A stretch of DNA of 64,000 bases from Pseudomonas aeruginosa PAO1 (GTDB lineage: Bacteria; Pseudomonadota; Gammaproteobacteria; Pseudomonadales; Pseudomonadaceae), in assembly GCF_000006765.1 (NCBI RefSeq), contig NC_002516.2; one strand, given 5' to 3'. A program made the position numbers and the translations under genes. A model generated the notes under the pieces. It worked only from the letters and a program-made list of their open reading frames with translations. It did no database searches and had not been told where the DNA came from. This document shows positions 31,365-39,679 of this stretch, piece by piece (position 1 is the first letter of the stretch; every line of letters starts with the position of its first letter).

Positions 31365-32447
31365 ATGACCCCATCCCTCTCTGGCCTGCCTCCGATCCGC
31401 ACCGCGTTGATCGGCTACGGCTTCGCCGGCAAGACCTTCCACGCCCCGCTGATCCGCGCGGTACCGGCGTTGTGCCTGGAGCACGTGGTCTCCCGCGACC
31501 CTGGGCGGGTGCACGCCGACCTGCCCGAAGCCCGGGTCAGCGCCGATCCGGATGAGGCCATCGAGGCCGCCGACATCGACCTGGTGGTCATCGCCTCGCC
31601 CAATGCCACCCACGCCAGCCTCGCCGAACGGGCCTTGCGCGCCGGCAAGCACGTGGTGGTGGACAAGCCGTTCACCGTCACCCTGGCCGAAGCCCGGCGC
31701 CTCGCCGACCTCGCCCGTGAACGGCCTGGGCAGGTCCTCTCGGTGTTCCAGAACCGGCGCTTCGACAGCGACTTCCTCGCCGTGGAGGCCGCCCTGCAGG
31801 CCGGCAGCATCGGCCCGGTGCGCTACTTCGAGTCGGCCATCGAGCGCTTCCGTCCGCAGGTCCGCGACCGCTGGCGCGAACACGACCTGCCCGGCTCCGG
31901 GCTGTGGTTCGACCTCGGCCCGCACCTGCTCGACCAGGCACTGTGCCTGTTCGGCGTACCGCAGCGTGTGCACGGACACCTGCGCCGGCTGCGCGAGGGC
32001 GCGCTGACCGACGACTGGTTCGAGGTCCTGCTCGATTATCCGCACTGCCAGGTAGCGCTGCGCGCCAGCATGCTCGCCGCCAATCCGGCGCCACGCTTCA
32101 ATGTGCACGGCGACCACGGCAGCCTGCTCAAGGCCGGCGCCGACATCCAGGAAGCGCAACTGCTCCAGGGACTGCACCCCGGTTCCGCCGGCTGGGGCCG
32201 CGATCCCGACCTGCTGCAGCACATCGATGGCCAGGGCCTGCGCCAGTCGCTGGTCACCCCGGCCGGCGACCAGAGCCGCTACTACCAGGCGCTGGCCGCC
32301 GCCATCCGCGGCCAGTCGCGCAACCCGGTGTCGGCGCAACAGGCCTGCGCGCTGATGGCCCTGCTGGAGTTGGCACGACGCTCCGCCGAGGAAGGCCGGA
32401 GCCTGCCGGTGGAGCTGCGCGACGAGGAACGCCAGGCCTGGAACTGA
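31365..32447 (+). CDS. Gfo/Idh/MocA-family oxidoreductase (YdgJ-like)
   Basis: LIGYGFAG, VVVDKPF, FQNRRFDSDF, DLGPHLLDQ. Confidence 0.92.
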   Translation: MTPSLSGLPPIRTALIGYGFAGKTFHAPLIRAVPALCLEHVVSRDPGRVHADLPEARVSADPDEAIEAADIDLVVIASPNATHASLAERALRAGKHVVVDKPFTVTLAEARRLADLARERPGQVLSVFQNRRFDSDFLAVEAALQAGSIGPVRYFESAIERFRPQVRDRWREHDLPGSGLWFDLGPHLLDQALCLFGVPQRVHGHLRRLREGALTDDWFEVLLDYPHCQVALRASMLAANPAPRFNVHGDHGSLLKAGADIQEAQLLQGLHPGSAGWGRDPDLLQHIDGQGLRQSLVTPAGDQSRYYQALAAAIRGQSRNPVSAQQACALMALLELARRSAEEGRSLPVELRDEERQAWN

Positions 32448-32489
32448 GGCCCGGCAGTCCGGCGGAAACCGCGAGGGGATCGTAAGGCG

Positions 32490-32557
32490 TTAAAAAACAA
32501 AAAAAATTTCTTCGCCGGTGTTGACACTGCCGCGCTAAACCCGTTTAATTGCGCCCC
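32490..32557 (+). promoter_or_regulatory. sigma70 stable-RNA promoter of tRNA-Phe
   Basis: A-tract UP element, TTGACA (32521-32526), 17-nt spacer, TTTAAT (32544-32549), GC-rich discriminator. Confidence 0.85.
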
Positions 32558-32560
32558 GTT

Positions 32561-32636
32561 GCCCAGGTAGCTCAGTTGGTAGAGCAGGGGATTGAAAATC
32601 CCCGTGTCGGCGGTTCGATTCCGTCCCTGGGCACCA
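32561..32636 (+). tRNA. tRNA-Phe (GAA)
   Basis: 76-nt cloverleaf GCCCAGG...CCTGGGCACCA; anticodon arm GGGGA-TTGAAAA-TCCCC. Confidence 0.97.
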
Positions 32637-32647
32637 TGAATACGACG

Positions 32648-32676
32648 AAAAGGCTCACCTCCGGGTGGGCCTTTTT
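32648..32676. terminator. terminator after tRNA-Phe (also faces the convergent SDR gene)
   Basis: AAAAGGCTCACC-TCCG-GGTGGGCCTTTTT. Confidence 0.85.
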
Positions 32677-32692
32677 GCTTTCCGCCGTTCGC

Positions 32693-33430
32693 CTAGACGT
32701 GCTGCCCGCCGTTGACGTGGATTTCCGCGCCATTCACGTAGGATGCGCCGCTGGTGCAGAGGAAGTAGATCAGCGAAGCGATCTCCTCCGGCCGGCCGAG
32801 GCGGTGCAGCGGGATGCTGCGCTCGACGATCTCCTCGGTGCCCGGCGACAGGATCGAGGTGTCGATCTCCCCCGGCGCGATGGCGTTCACCCGCACCCCA
32901 TGCGGGCCGAAGTCGTGGGCCATCTCGCGGGTCAGCGCGGACAACGCCGCCTTGGAAGTGGCGTAGGCCACCCCAGCGAACGGATGCACCTTCGAGCCAG
33001 CGATGGAGGTCACGTTGATCACCGTTCCCTGCGCCGCCTTCAGCTCGGCGAACAGGCCGCGCGCCAGCAGCGCGGTGGAGAACAGGTTGACGTTGAACAC
33101 CCGCAGCCAGGTGGCGTAGTCGGTTTCCAGCACACCGAGGCGCTCGCCGCCTTCGCCCTTGGGCGAGATGCCGGCATTGTCCACCAGCGCGTGGAGCCGG
33201 CCGTCGCCAAGCTTCTCGCGGATCAGTTCCAGGCTGGCCTCGACGCCGGGAATGTCCTCCAAGTCCAGATGGATGTGGTTTTCCTCGCCGTCCGCCCAGG
33301 GACATTCGCTGGCCCAGCTCTGCCGCGACGCGGTGAACACCCGCCAACCCGCGGCATTGAAGTACTTCACCGTGGCATGCCCGATACCGCGGCTCGCCCC
33401 GGTCAGCAACAGGGTCTTTCTCTCCGCCAT
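32693..33430 (-). CDS. short-chain dehydrogenase/reductase
   Basis: TGASRGIG, YATSK, VNAIAPG, VNGGQH. Confidence 0.93.
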   Translation of the reverse strand: MAERKTLLLTGASRGIGHATVKYFNAAGWRVFTASRQSWASECPWADGEENHIHLDLEDIPGVEASLELIREKLGDGRLHALVDNAGISPKGEGGERLGVLETDYATWLRVFNVNLFSTALLARGLFAELKAAQGTVINVTSIAGSKVHPFAGVAYATSKAALSALTREMAHDFGPHGVRVNAIAPGEIDTSILSPGTEEIVERSIPLHRLGRPEEIASLIYFLCTSGASYVNGAEIHVNGGQHV

Positions 33431-33588
33431 ACGCCCTCCGTGAAGGCCTGCTGGAATGAACGCGACTCGCACAGCCTACAAGGAATGACGAATCGCCGCG
33501 GCGGATCTTTCGCCCATCCCGGCGAACGGCCGAGCGTGAGCCAGGCAGTGCCGATAGACTAGGCGGACCTTGTCCGGACCCCCGATCG

Positions 33589-34278
33589 ATGCTGAAGAAA
33601 AGCTTCAACTCCCTGCTCACCACCTGGCTCGCCGGCCTGCTGGTGATGCTGCCGCTGGTACTCACCCTAGCCTTGCTGGCCTGGGTGGTCAGCTTGCTGA
33701 ACCGCTTCGTCGGGCCATCCAGCCTGATCGGTCGCGGCTTCGCCGCCATCGGCCAGCCGCTCGCCGGCGATTCGCCACTGGCCTACCTGCTCGGTACCGC
33801 GCTACTGCTGGTAGCCATCTACCTGCTTGGCCTCGGCGTACAGCTAGGCCTGAAGCGGCCGCTGGCCAACCTGTTCGACCTGACCCTGCGGCGCACCCCG
33901 CTGATCGGCAACCTGTACAACCTGGCCGACCGTTTCGTCGGCCTGCTGGACAAGAAGCAGGACGCCGACATCGCCGCGATGAGTCCGGTGTGGTGTTTCT
34001 TCGGCGGCGACGGCGCCGCCGTGCTGGCGCTGATGCCCAACCCCGAAGCGGTGGAACTGGACGGCCGCGCGCACTACGCGATCCTGGTGCCGACCGCGCC
34101 GATCCCGGTGGGCGGCGGCCTGCTCTACGTTCCGGTGGAATGGGTGAAACCGGCACAGATCGGCATGGACACCTTCACCAGCATCTATGTGTCGATGGGC
34201 ATCACCCCACCGCCGCCGCTGGCCGCCGCCAAGGTGCTGGCGGAGCCGCGCGCGGAGCAGCCGCCGGCGGCTCCATAG
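33589..34278 (+). CDS. DUF502-family membrane protein
   Basis: Two N-terminal TM segments, RTPLIGNLY, VPTAPIPVGG. Confidence 0.85.
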   Translation: MLKKSFNSLLTTWLAGLLVMLPLVLTLALLAWVVSLLNRFVGPSSLIGRGFAAIGQPLAGDSPLAYLLGTALLLVAIYLLGLGVQLGLKRPLANLFDLTLRRTPLIGNLYNLADRFVGLLDKKQDADIAAMSPVWCFFGGDGAAVLALMPNPEAVELDGRAHYAILVPTAPIPVGGGLLYVPVEWVKPAQIGMDTFTSIYVSMGITPPPPLAAAKVLAEPRAEQPPAAP

Positions 34279-34368
34279 GCGGTCCCGCATGCCCGGGAAC
34301 GGGGCGCGCACCGACCTCCAGGCTCTGCTTCAGGTCAGGGTTCGCCAGGAGTTTTCTTCGAAAGCCGA

Positions 34369-34410
34369 CAGTTTTGTTCCTACGCGACAGCGCACTGCAG
34401 CGATGCGACA
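34369..34410 (-). promoter_or_regulatory. ArgR-type binding site upstream of the amino-acid ABC operon
   Basis: GCGACA at 34384 and 34405 (TGTCGC on the minus strand, 21-bp period); one copy has the N8-AA extension of the P. aeruginosa ArgR consensus. Confidence 0.65.
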
Positions 34411-34526
34411 AGATGCCGCCAACCCCGCTCCAGAGGCACGCCGCCTGCTTGGCTCCGGTTGAAGCGCTGTGCTAGCTTGCCTTCGCCAGGAAGGCCCTTC
34501 CAATCCGAATAACAAGAGGAAAATCC

Positions 34527-35300
34527 ATGGCCGAGGCCACCCCCGCACTGGAAATCCGTAACCTGCACAAGCGCTACGGCGACCTCGAAGTGCTCAAGGG
34601 CATCTCCCTCACCGCCCGCGACGGCGACGTGATCTCCATCCTCGGATCGTCCGGCTCGGGCAAATCCACCTTCCTGCGCTGCATCAACCTGCTGGAGAAC
34701 CCGCACCAGGGCCAGATCCTGGTCTCCGGCGAAGAGCTGCGCCTGAAGAAGAGCAAGAACGGCGACCTGGTCGCCGCCGACAGCCAGCAGATCAACCGGC
34801 TGCGCAGCGAACTCGGTTTCGTCTTCCAGAATTTCAACCTGTGGCCGCACATGAGCATCCTCGACAACGTGATCGAGGCGCCACGTCGCGTACTGGGCAA
34901 GAGCAAGGCCGAAGCGATCGAGATCGCCGAGGGCCTGCTGGCCAAGGTCGGCATCGCCGACAAGCGCCACAGCTATCCCGCGCAACTTTCCGGCGGCCAG
35001 CAGCAACGCGCGGCCATCGCCCGGACCCTGGCCATGCAACCCAAGGTGATCCTGTTCGACGAGCCCACCTCGGCGCTCGACCCGGAAATGGTACAGGAAG
35101 TGCTTAACGTGATCCGTGCGCTCGCCGAAGAGGGCCGGACCATGCTGCTGGTCACCCACGAAATGAGCTTCGCCCGCCAGGTTTCCAGCGAGGTGGTATT
35201 CCTCCACCAGGGCCTGGTAGAAGAGCAGGGAACGCCGCAACAGGTTTTCGAAAACCCCCAGTCGGCGCGCTGCAAACAGTTCATGTCCAGCCACCGCTAA
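34527..35300 (+). CDS. polar amino-acid ABC transporter ATPase (HisP/AotP-like)
   Basis: GSSGSGKST, LSGGQQQR, LFDEPTSALDPE. Confidence 0.96.
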   Translation: MAEATPALEIRNLHKRYGDLEVLKGISLTARDGDVISILGSSGSGKSTFLRCINLLENPHQGQILVSGEELRLKKSKNGDLVAADSQQINRLRSELGFVFQNFNLWPHMSILDNVIEAPRRVLGKSKAEAIEIAEGLLAKVGIADKRHSYPAQLSGGQQQRAAIARTLAMQPKVILFDEPTSALDPEMVQEVLNVIRALAEEGRTMLLVTHEMSFARQVSSEVVFLHQGLVEEQGTPQQVFENPQSARCKQFMSSHR

Positions 35301-35314
35301 CGGAGCAACACCGC

Positions 35315-36067
35315 ATGAAGAACTATAAGAAGATCCTGCTGGCCGCCGCTGCAACCCTGGCCTTCGCCCTCGACGCCAGCGCCGCCGACAAGCTGCGCAT
35401 CGGCACCGAAGGCGCCTACCCGCCCTTCAACGGCATCGATGCCAGCGGCCAGGCGGTCGGCTTCGACCTCGACATCGGCAAGGCGCTGTGCGCCAAGATG
35501 AAGACCGAGTGCGAGGTGGTGACCTCCGACTGGGACGGCATCATCCCGGCGTTGAACGCCAAGAAGTTCGACTTCATCGTCGCGTCCATGTCGATCACCG
35601 ACGAGCGCAAGCAGGCAGTCGACTTCACCGATCCCTACTACACCAACAAGCTGCAGTTCGTCGCGCCGAAGAGCGTCGACTTCAAGACCGACAAGGACTC
35701 CCTGAAGGGCAAGGTGATCGGCGCCCAGCGCGCCACCATCGCCGGCACCTGGCTGGAAGACAACATGGCCGACGTGGTCACCATCAAGCTCTACGACACC
35801 CAGGAGAACGCCTACCTCGACCTCTCCTCGGGGCGCCTGGACGGCGTGCTGGCCGACAAGTTCGTGCAGTACGACTGGCTGAAGAGCGACGCCGGCAAGG
35901 AGTTCGAGTTCAAGGGCGAACCGGTGTTCGACAACGACAAGATCGGTATCGCCGTGCGCAAGGGCGACCCGCTGCGCGAGAAGCTCAACGCCGCGCTGAA
36001 GGAAATCGTCGCCGACGGTACCTACAAGAAGATCAACGACAAGTACTTCCCCTTCAGCATCTATTGA
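35315..36067 (+). CDS. basic amino-acid ABC transporter periplasmic binding protein
   Basis: IGTEGAYPPFN, DWDGIIPAL, SMSITDER. Confidence 0.95.
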   Translation: MKNYKKILLAAAATLAFALDASAADKLRIGTEGAYPPFNGIDASGQAVGFDLDIGKALCAKMKTECEVVTSDWDGIIPALNAKKFDFIVASMSITDERKQAVDFTDPYYTNKLQFVAPKSVDFKTDKDSLKGKVIGAQRATIAGTWLEDNMADVVTIKLYDTQENAYLDLSSGRLDGVLADKFVQYDWLKSDAGKEFEFKGEPVFDNDKIGIAVRKGDPLREKLNAALKEIVADGTYKKINDKYFPFSIY

Positions 36068-36077
36068 TGCCAAGCCA

Positions 36078-36108
36078 GGCCACCGCCGGGCGCGTCCCGG
36101 CGGTGGCC
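36078..36108. other. 13-bp intercistronic hairpin without a U-tract (probable mRNA stabiliser)
   Basis: GGCCACCGCCGGG-CGCGT-CCCGGCGGTGGCC between the binding-protein and permease genes. Confidence 0.6.
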
Positions 36109-36128
36109 GCCTTCAGGCCTGACTTCTC

Positions 36129-36824
36129 ATGATTCTCGACCTGCATGGGTTCGGCGAGCAACTGCTCGCCGGTACCTGGATGACCCTCAAGCTGTCGCTG
36201 GCGGCGGTCTGCGTGGGGCTGTTGCTCGGCCTCCTCGGCGCCATCGCGAAGACTTCGAAGTACGCGGCCCTGCGTTTCCTCGGCGGCACCTACACCACCA
36301 TCGTCCGTGGCGTGCCGGAAACGCTCTGGGTACTGATGATCTATTTCGGCACGGTGAGCGGCCTGAACGCCCTCGGCGACCTTTTCGGCAAGCCGGACCT
36401 GGCGCTCTCGCCGTTCGCCGCCGGCACCCTGGCCCTCGGCCTGTGCTTCGGCGCCTACGCCACCGAGGTGTTCCGCGGCGCGCTGTTGTCCATTCCGCGC
36501 GGCCATCGCGAGGCCGGCCAGGCGCTCGGCCTGTCGCCCGGACGGATCTTCTGGCGCATCGTCCTGCCGCAGATCTGGCGGGTCGCCCTGCCCGGCCTCG
36601 GCAACCTGTACCTGATCCTGCTGAAGGACACCGCGCTGGTGTCGCTGATCACCCTCGACGAGATCATGCGCAAGGCGCAGGTCGCCTCCAACGCGACCAA
36701 GGAACCCTTCACCTTCTACATGACCGCGGCCGCCATCTACCTGAGCCTCACGGTCGTCATCATGGTCGCCCTGCACTTCCTCGAACGTCGCGCCGGCCGT
36801 GGTTTCGTGAGGAACGAGCTATGA
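36129..36824 (+). CDS. amino-acid ABC permease (HisQ-like)
   Basis: VRGVPE and EAA loop GHREAGQALGLS. Confidence 0.94.
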   Translation: MILDLHGFGEQLLAGTWMTLKLSLAAVCVGLLLGLLGAIAKTSKYAALRFLGGTYTTIVRGVPETLWVLMIYFGTVSGLNALGDLFGKPDLALSPFAAGTLALGLCFGAYATEVFRGALLSIPRGHREAGQALGLSPGRIFWRIVLPQIWRVALPGLGNLYLILLKDTALVSLITLDEIMRKAQVASNATKEPFTFYMTAAAIYLSLTVVIMVALHFLERRAGRGFVRNEL

Positions 36825-37513
36825 GCGAGTGGGAGCTGATCCTCAAGTGGATGCCGAAGATGCTCCAGGGCGCGGCGCTGACCCTGGAGCTGCTGGCGAT
36901 CGCGGTGGTCGCCGGGCTCGCCCTGGCCCTGCCGCTGGGCATCGCCCGCGCCTCGCGGCACTGGTACGTGCGCGCGGTGCCGTACGCCTACATCTTCTTC
37001 TTCCGCGGCACGCCGCTGCTGCTGCAACTGTTCATCGTCTACTACGGCCTGGCGCAGTTCGAGGAAGTGCGCAAGAGCGCCTTCTGGCCCTACCTGCGCG
37101 ATCCGTACTGGTGCGCGCTGCTGACCATGACCCTGCACACCGCCGCCTATATCGCCGAGATCCTCCGCGGCGCGATCCACTCGGTGCCGGTCGGCGAGGT
37201 GGAGGCCGCCCGCGCCCTCGGCATGTCGCGGCGCCAGGCGCTCTGGCACATCATCCTGCCGCGCGCGGTGCGCATCGGCCTGCCGGCCTACAGCAACGAA
37301 GTGATCCTGATGCTCAAGGCCAGCGCGGTGGTCTACACCGTGACCCTGTTCGACATCATGGGCATGGCCCGGACCATCATCGCCCGCACCTACGAATCGA
37401 TGCTGTTCTTCTGCCTGGCCGGCGCGCTGTACCTGGTGATCACCATCGTGCTGACGCGGATCTTCCGCCTGATCGAACGCTGGTTGCGGGTCGACGCCAC
37501 CCAGGGCCGCTGA
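36821..37513 (+). CDS. amino-acid ABC permease (HisM-like)
   Basis: FRGTPLLLQL, GEVEAARALGMS. Confidence 0.94.
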   Translation: MSEWELILKWMPKMLQGAALTLELLAIAVVAGLALALPLGIARASRHWYVRAVPYAYIFFFRGTPLLLQLFIVYYGLAQFEEVRKSAFWPYLRDPYWCALLTMTLHTAAYIAEILRGAIHSVPVGEVEAARALGMSRRQALWHIILPRAVRIGLPAYSNEVILMLKASAVVYTVTLFDIMGMARTIIARTYESMLFFCLAGALYLVITIVLTRIFRLIERWLRVDATQGR

Positions 37514-37581
37514 GCCGGCGCTTTCCGATGCCTGCGGGGCGGCTATAATCGCCGCCCCGTTTTCCCGCTGCCGCTTGCATC

Positions 37582-38802
37582 GTGTCCGAAACCTTCCCGT
37601 TCCTCACTGGCGACGCCCTGTCGCAGCGCTTCCTCGCGCTGGACGCGTTCCTCCTCGAACACCAGCGGCTCTGGCGACCCCGCCCGTTCAGCGAACCGAC
37701 CCTGGCGTGGGAAGCCGAACACGCCGAGCTGGCGTCCTGGCTGCGCGGGCGCAGCCTCGAACAGGCCGACGCGGAGCACAACCAGCCCACCCGCCTGGCC
37801 GCGCCCGCGCCTTATCCGCAGCTCGCCGCCCAAGCCACGGCGCTGGGCGCGGTCGGCGAACTGCCATTGGCGGAACGCCCGCAGGCACCGAACCGCTTCA
37901 ACGTCGACGTACCGGGACGCAAGTGGCAGCAGATCGGCCTGTTCGCCGGGCGCCTGCAGTTCGCCCGGCCGGTCGTCCACTGGCTCGACTGGTGCTCCGG
38001 CAAGGGCCATCTGGGCCGCCTGCTGGCCCATGCGGGGCAACCGCTGACCTGCCTCGAACACGATCCCGCGCTGGTCGCCGACGGACAGCGCCTGAGCGAC
38101 CGCCTGGGGCTCTCCGCCCACCACCTCCGCCAGGATGTGCTGGCCGCGGACTGCGCCGAGCGCCTGCTTCCCGGGCATACGCCAGTGGCCCTGCACGCTT
38201 GCGGCGAACTACACCTGCGCCTGCTGCGCCTGGCCAGCCAGGCCGGCTGTCGCCAACTGGCGGTGGCGCCATGCTGCTACAACCGCATTCCGGGGCCTTT
38301 CTACCAGCCACTCTCGCAAACAGCAGGCCGATCGCTGCTCGCGCTATCGCTTGACGACCTGCGCCTGCCCCTGAGCGAGACAGTCACCGCCAGCCAACGG
38401 GTCCGTCGCCAGCGCGACCAGTCGATGGCCCGGCGCCTGGGTTTCGACCTGCTGCAGCGCGAGCTACGCGGAATCAACCAGTACCTCAGCGTGCCTTCCC
38501 TTCCGGTGGCCTGGCTGGAACGTCCATACGCCGACTACTGTCGCGAACTCGCCGCCCTCAAGGGACTTCCCGAACCGGCCGCGCGCGACTGGCAGGCGCT
38601 GGAAGCGGCCGGCTGGAAGCGCCTGGCGATGGTTCGCAACCTGGAACTGGTGCGCGCCCTGTTCCGCCGCCCGCTGGAACTCTGGCTGCTGCTGGACCGC
38701 TGCCTGTATCTGGTCGAACAGGGCTATAGCGTCCGCCTGGGCGAGTTCTGTCCGACCTCCCTGTCTCCGCGAAACCTGCTGATCCTTGCGGAGCGCAGCT
38801 GA
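37582..38802 (+). CDS. SAM-dependent methyltransferase domain protein
   Basis: LDWCSGKGHLG, VALHACGELH, APCCY; GTG start. Confidence 0.85.
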   Translation: MSETFPFLTGDALSQRFLALDAFLLEHQRLWRPRPFSEPTLAWEAEHAELASWLRGRSLEQADAEHNQPTRLAAPAPYPQLAAQATALGAVGELPLAERPQAPNRFNVDVPGRKWQQIGLFAGRLQFARPVVHWLDWCSGKGHLGRLLAHAGQPLTCLEHDPALVADGQRLSDRLGLSAHHLRQDVLAADCAERLLPGHTPVALHACGELHLRLLRLASQAGCRQLAVAPCCYNRIPGPFYQPLSQTAGRSLLALSLDDLRLPLSETVTASQRVRRQRDQSMARRLGFDLLQRELRGINQYLSVPSLPVAWLERPYADYCRELAALKGLPEPAARDWQALEAAGWKRLAMVRNLELVRALFRRPLELWLLLDRCLYLVEQGYSVRLGEFCPTSLSPRNLLILAERS

Positions 38803-38820
38803 TACGGGTGTTCCGGATGG

Positions 38821-39029
38821 TTGCCCACACAACCTGTGGATAAGTCTGGTGACAAGTTCTGGGAAACATCTGCCGAGGGGCCCGTATCCAGGGGCGGTCA
38901 ATGCTGTTCAAAAAATGAACAGAAAAAATAAAATCCATATAAAACAATATCTTGATAACAACCGAGATAACCGCAGCGATTCTTAGAGCGTTTCCTTCCT
39001 ATCCCTTGCCCACTTGTGCATAAGCCTGG
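38821..39029. promoter_or_regulatory. DnaA-box / Fis / IHF composite element (candidate DARS2/datA-like locus)
   Basis: TTGCCCACA 38821, TGTGGATAA 38835, TGGTGACAA 38847, Fis consensus GTTCAAAAAATGAAC 38906-38920, IHF consensus TATCAAGATATTG (minus strand, 38945-38957), TTGCCCACT 39006, TGTGCATAA 39015. Confidence 0.6.
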
Positions 39030-39136
39030 CTTTCCGGTTAATCCGAAAGTGGACTTCAGCACCGGCAATAGTTGCAGAACGGCATCGCATGACGTTCGAA
39101 GGAACGGATTGTTCTTTTATTGCAACGGTTGAGCTC

Positions 39137-39191
39137 TTGTTAATCGCTGCCTAGGCAGTATTATTTTGAAACACTTTCCCTGCCTAGACAG
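39137..39191 (+). promoter_or_regulatory. promoter and two palindromic operators of the marR-opmG-emrAB operon
   Basis: TTGTTA-N16-TATTAT with CTGCCTAGGCAG (39147-39158) in the spacer and CTGCCTAGACAG (39180-39191) downstream. Confidence 0.65.
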
Positions 39192-39205
39192 CGATCCCCT
39201 CCACC

Positions 39206-39676
39206 ATGGGTCACTACAGCGCCTCCGACTTTCCCTTCAAGGGCTCCATTGGCCAGCTCATCGGCGTCAGTGCCGCGACCAAGGACCGCATCCTCGAGAA
39301 GCACCTCGCCGCGCTGGACATCACCGCCGCCCAGTTCAAGGTGCTGATCTTCGTCGGTCTCAACCGCGCCAACAGTCCGGTCGAACTGTGTCGCGAGCTG
39401 TCGGTGGACAGCGGCTCGATGACGCGCATGCTGGCGCGCCTGGAGAAAAAAGGGCTGCTGCTGCGCGGCCGCTGTCCCGAAGACCGCCGTTGCCTGCGCC
39501 TGGATCTCAGCGAAGCGGGACGGAAGGTCCAGGAGCAGCTTCCGCTGATCGCCTCGGCGGCGATGAACGAGCTGGTCGCCTGCCTGAGCACGGAAGAATT
39601 GCAGACGCTGACCCATCTGCTGACCAAGGTTCTGCTACACGCCGGCTGCCCGCGGGCCAGCCTGCAGGAGTCCTGA
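39206..39676 (+). CDS. MarR-family transcriptional regulator (EmrR-like)
   Basis: ITAAQFKVL, DSGSMTRMLARLEKKGLL, EDRR. Confidence 0.93.
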   Translation: MGHYSASDFPFKGSIGQLIGVSAATKDRILEKHLAALDITAAQFKVLIFVGLNRANSPVELCRELSVDSGSMTRMLARLEKKGLLLRGRCPEDRRCLRLDLSEAGRKVQEQLPLIASAAMNELVACLSTEELQTLTHLLTKVLLHAGCPRASLQES

Positions 39677-39679
39677 TCC

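Noticed and set aside
38558-38986. Small ORFs spanning the AT-rich 38.9-kb region
   Set aside because: They overlap a real CDS, have no RBS and use AT-rich codons; the region is better explained as a protein-binding DNA element
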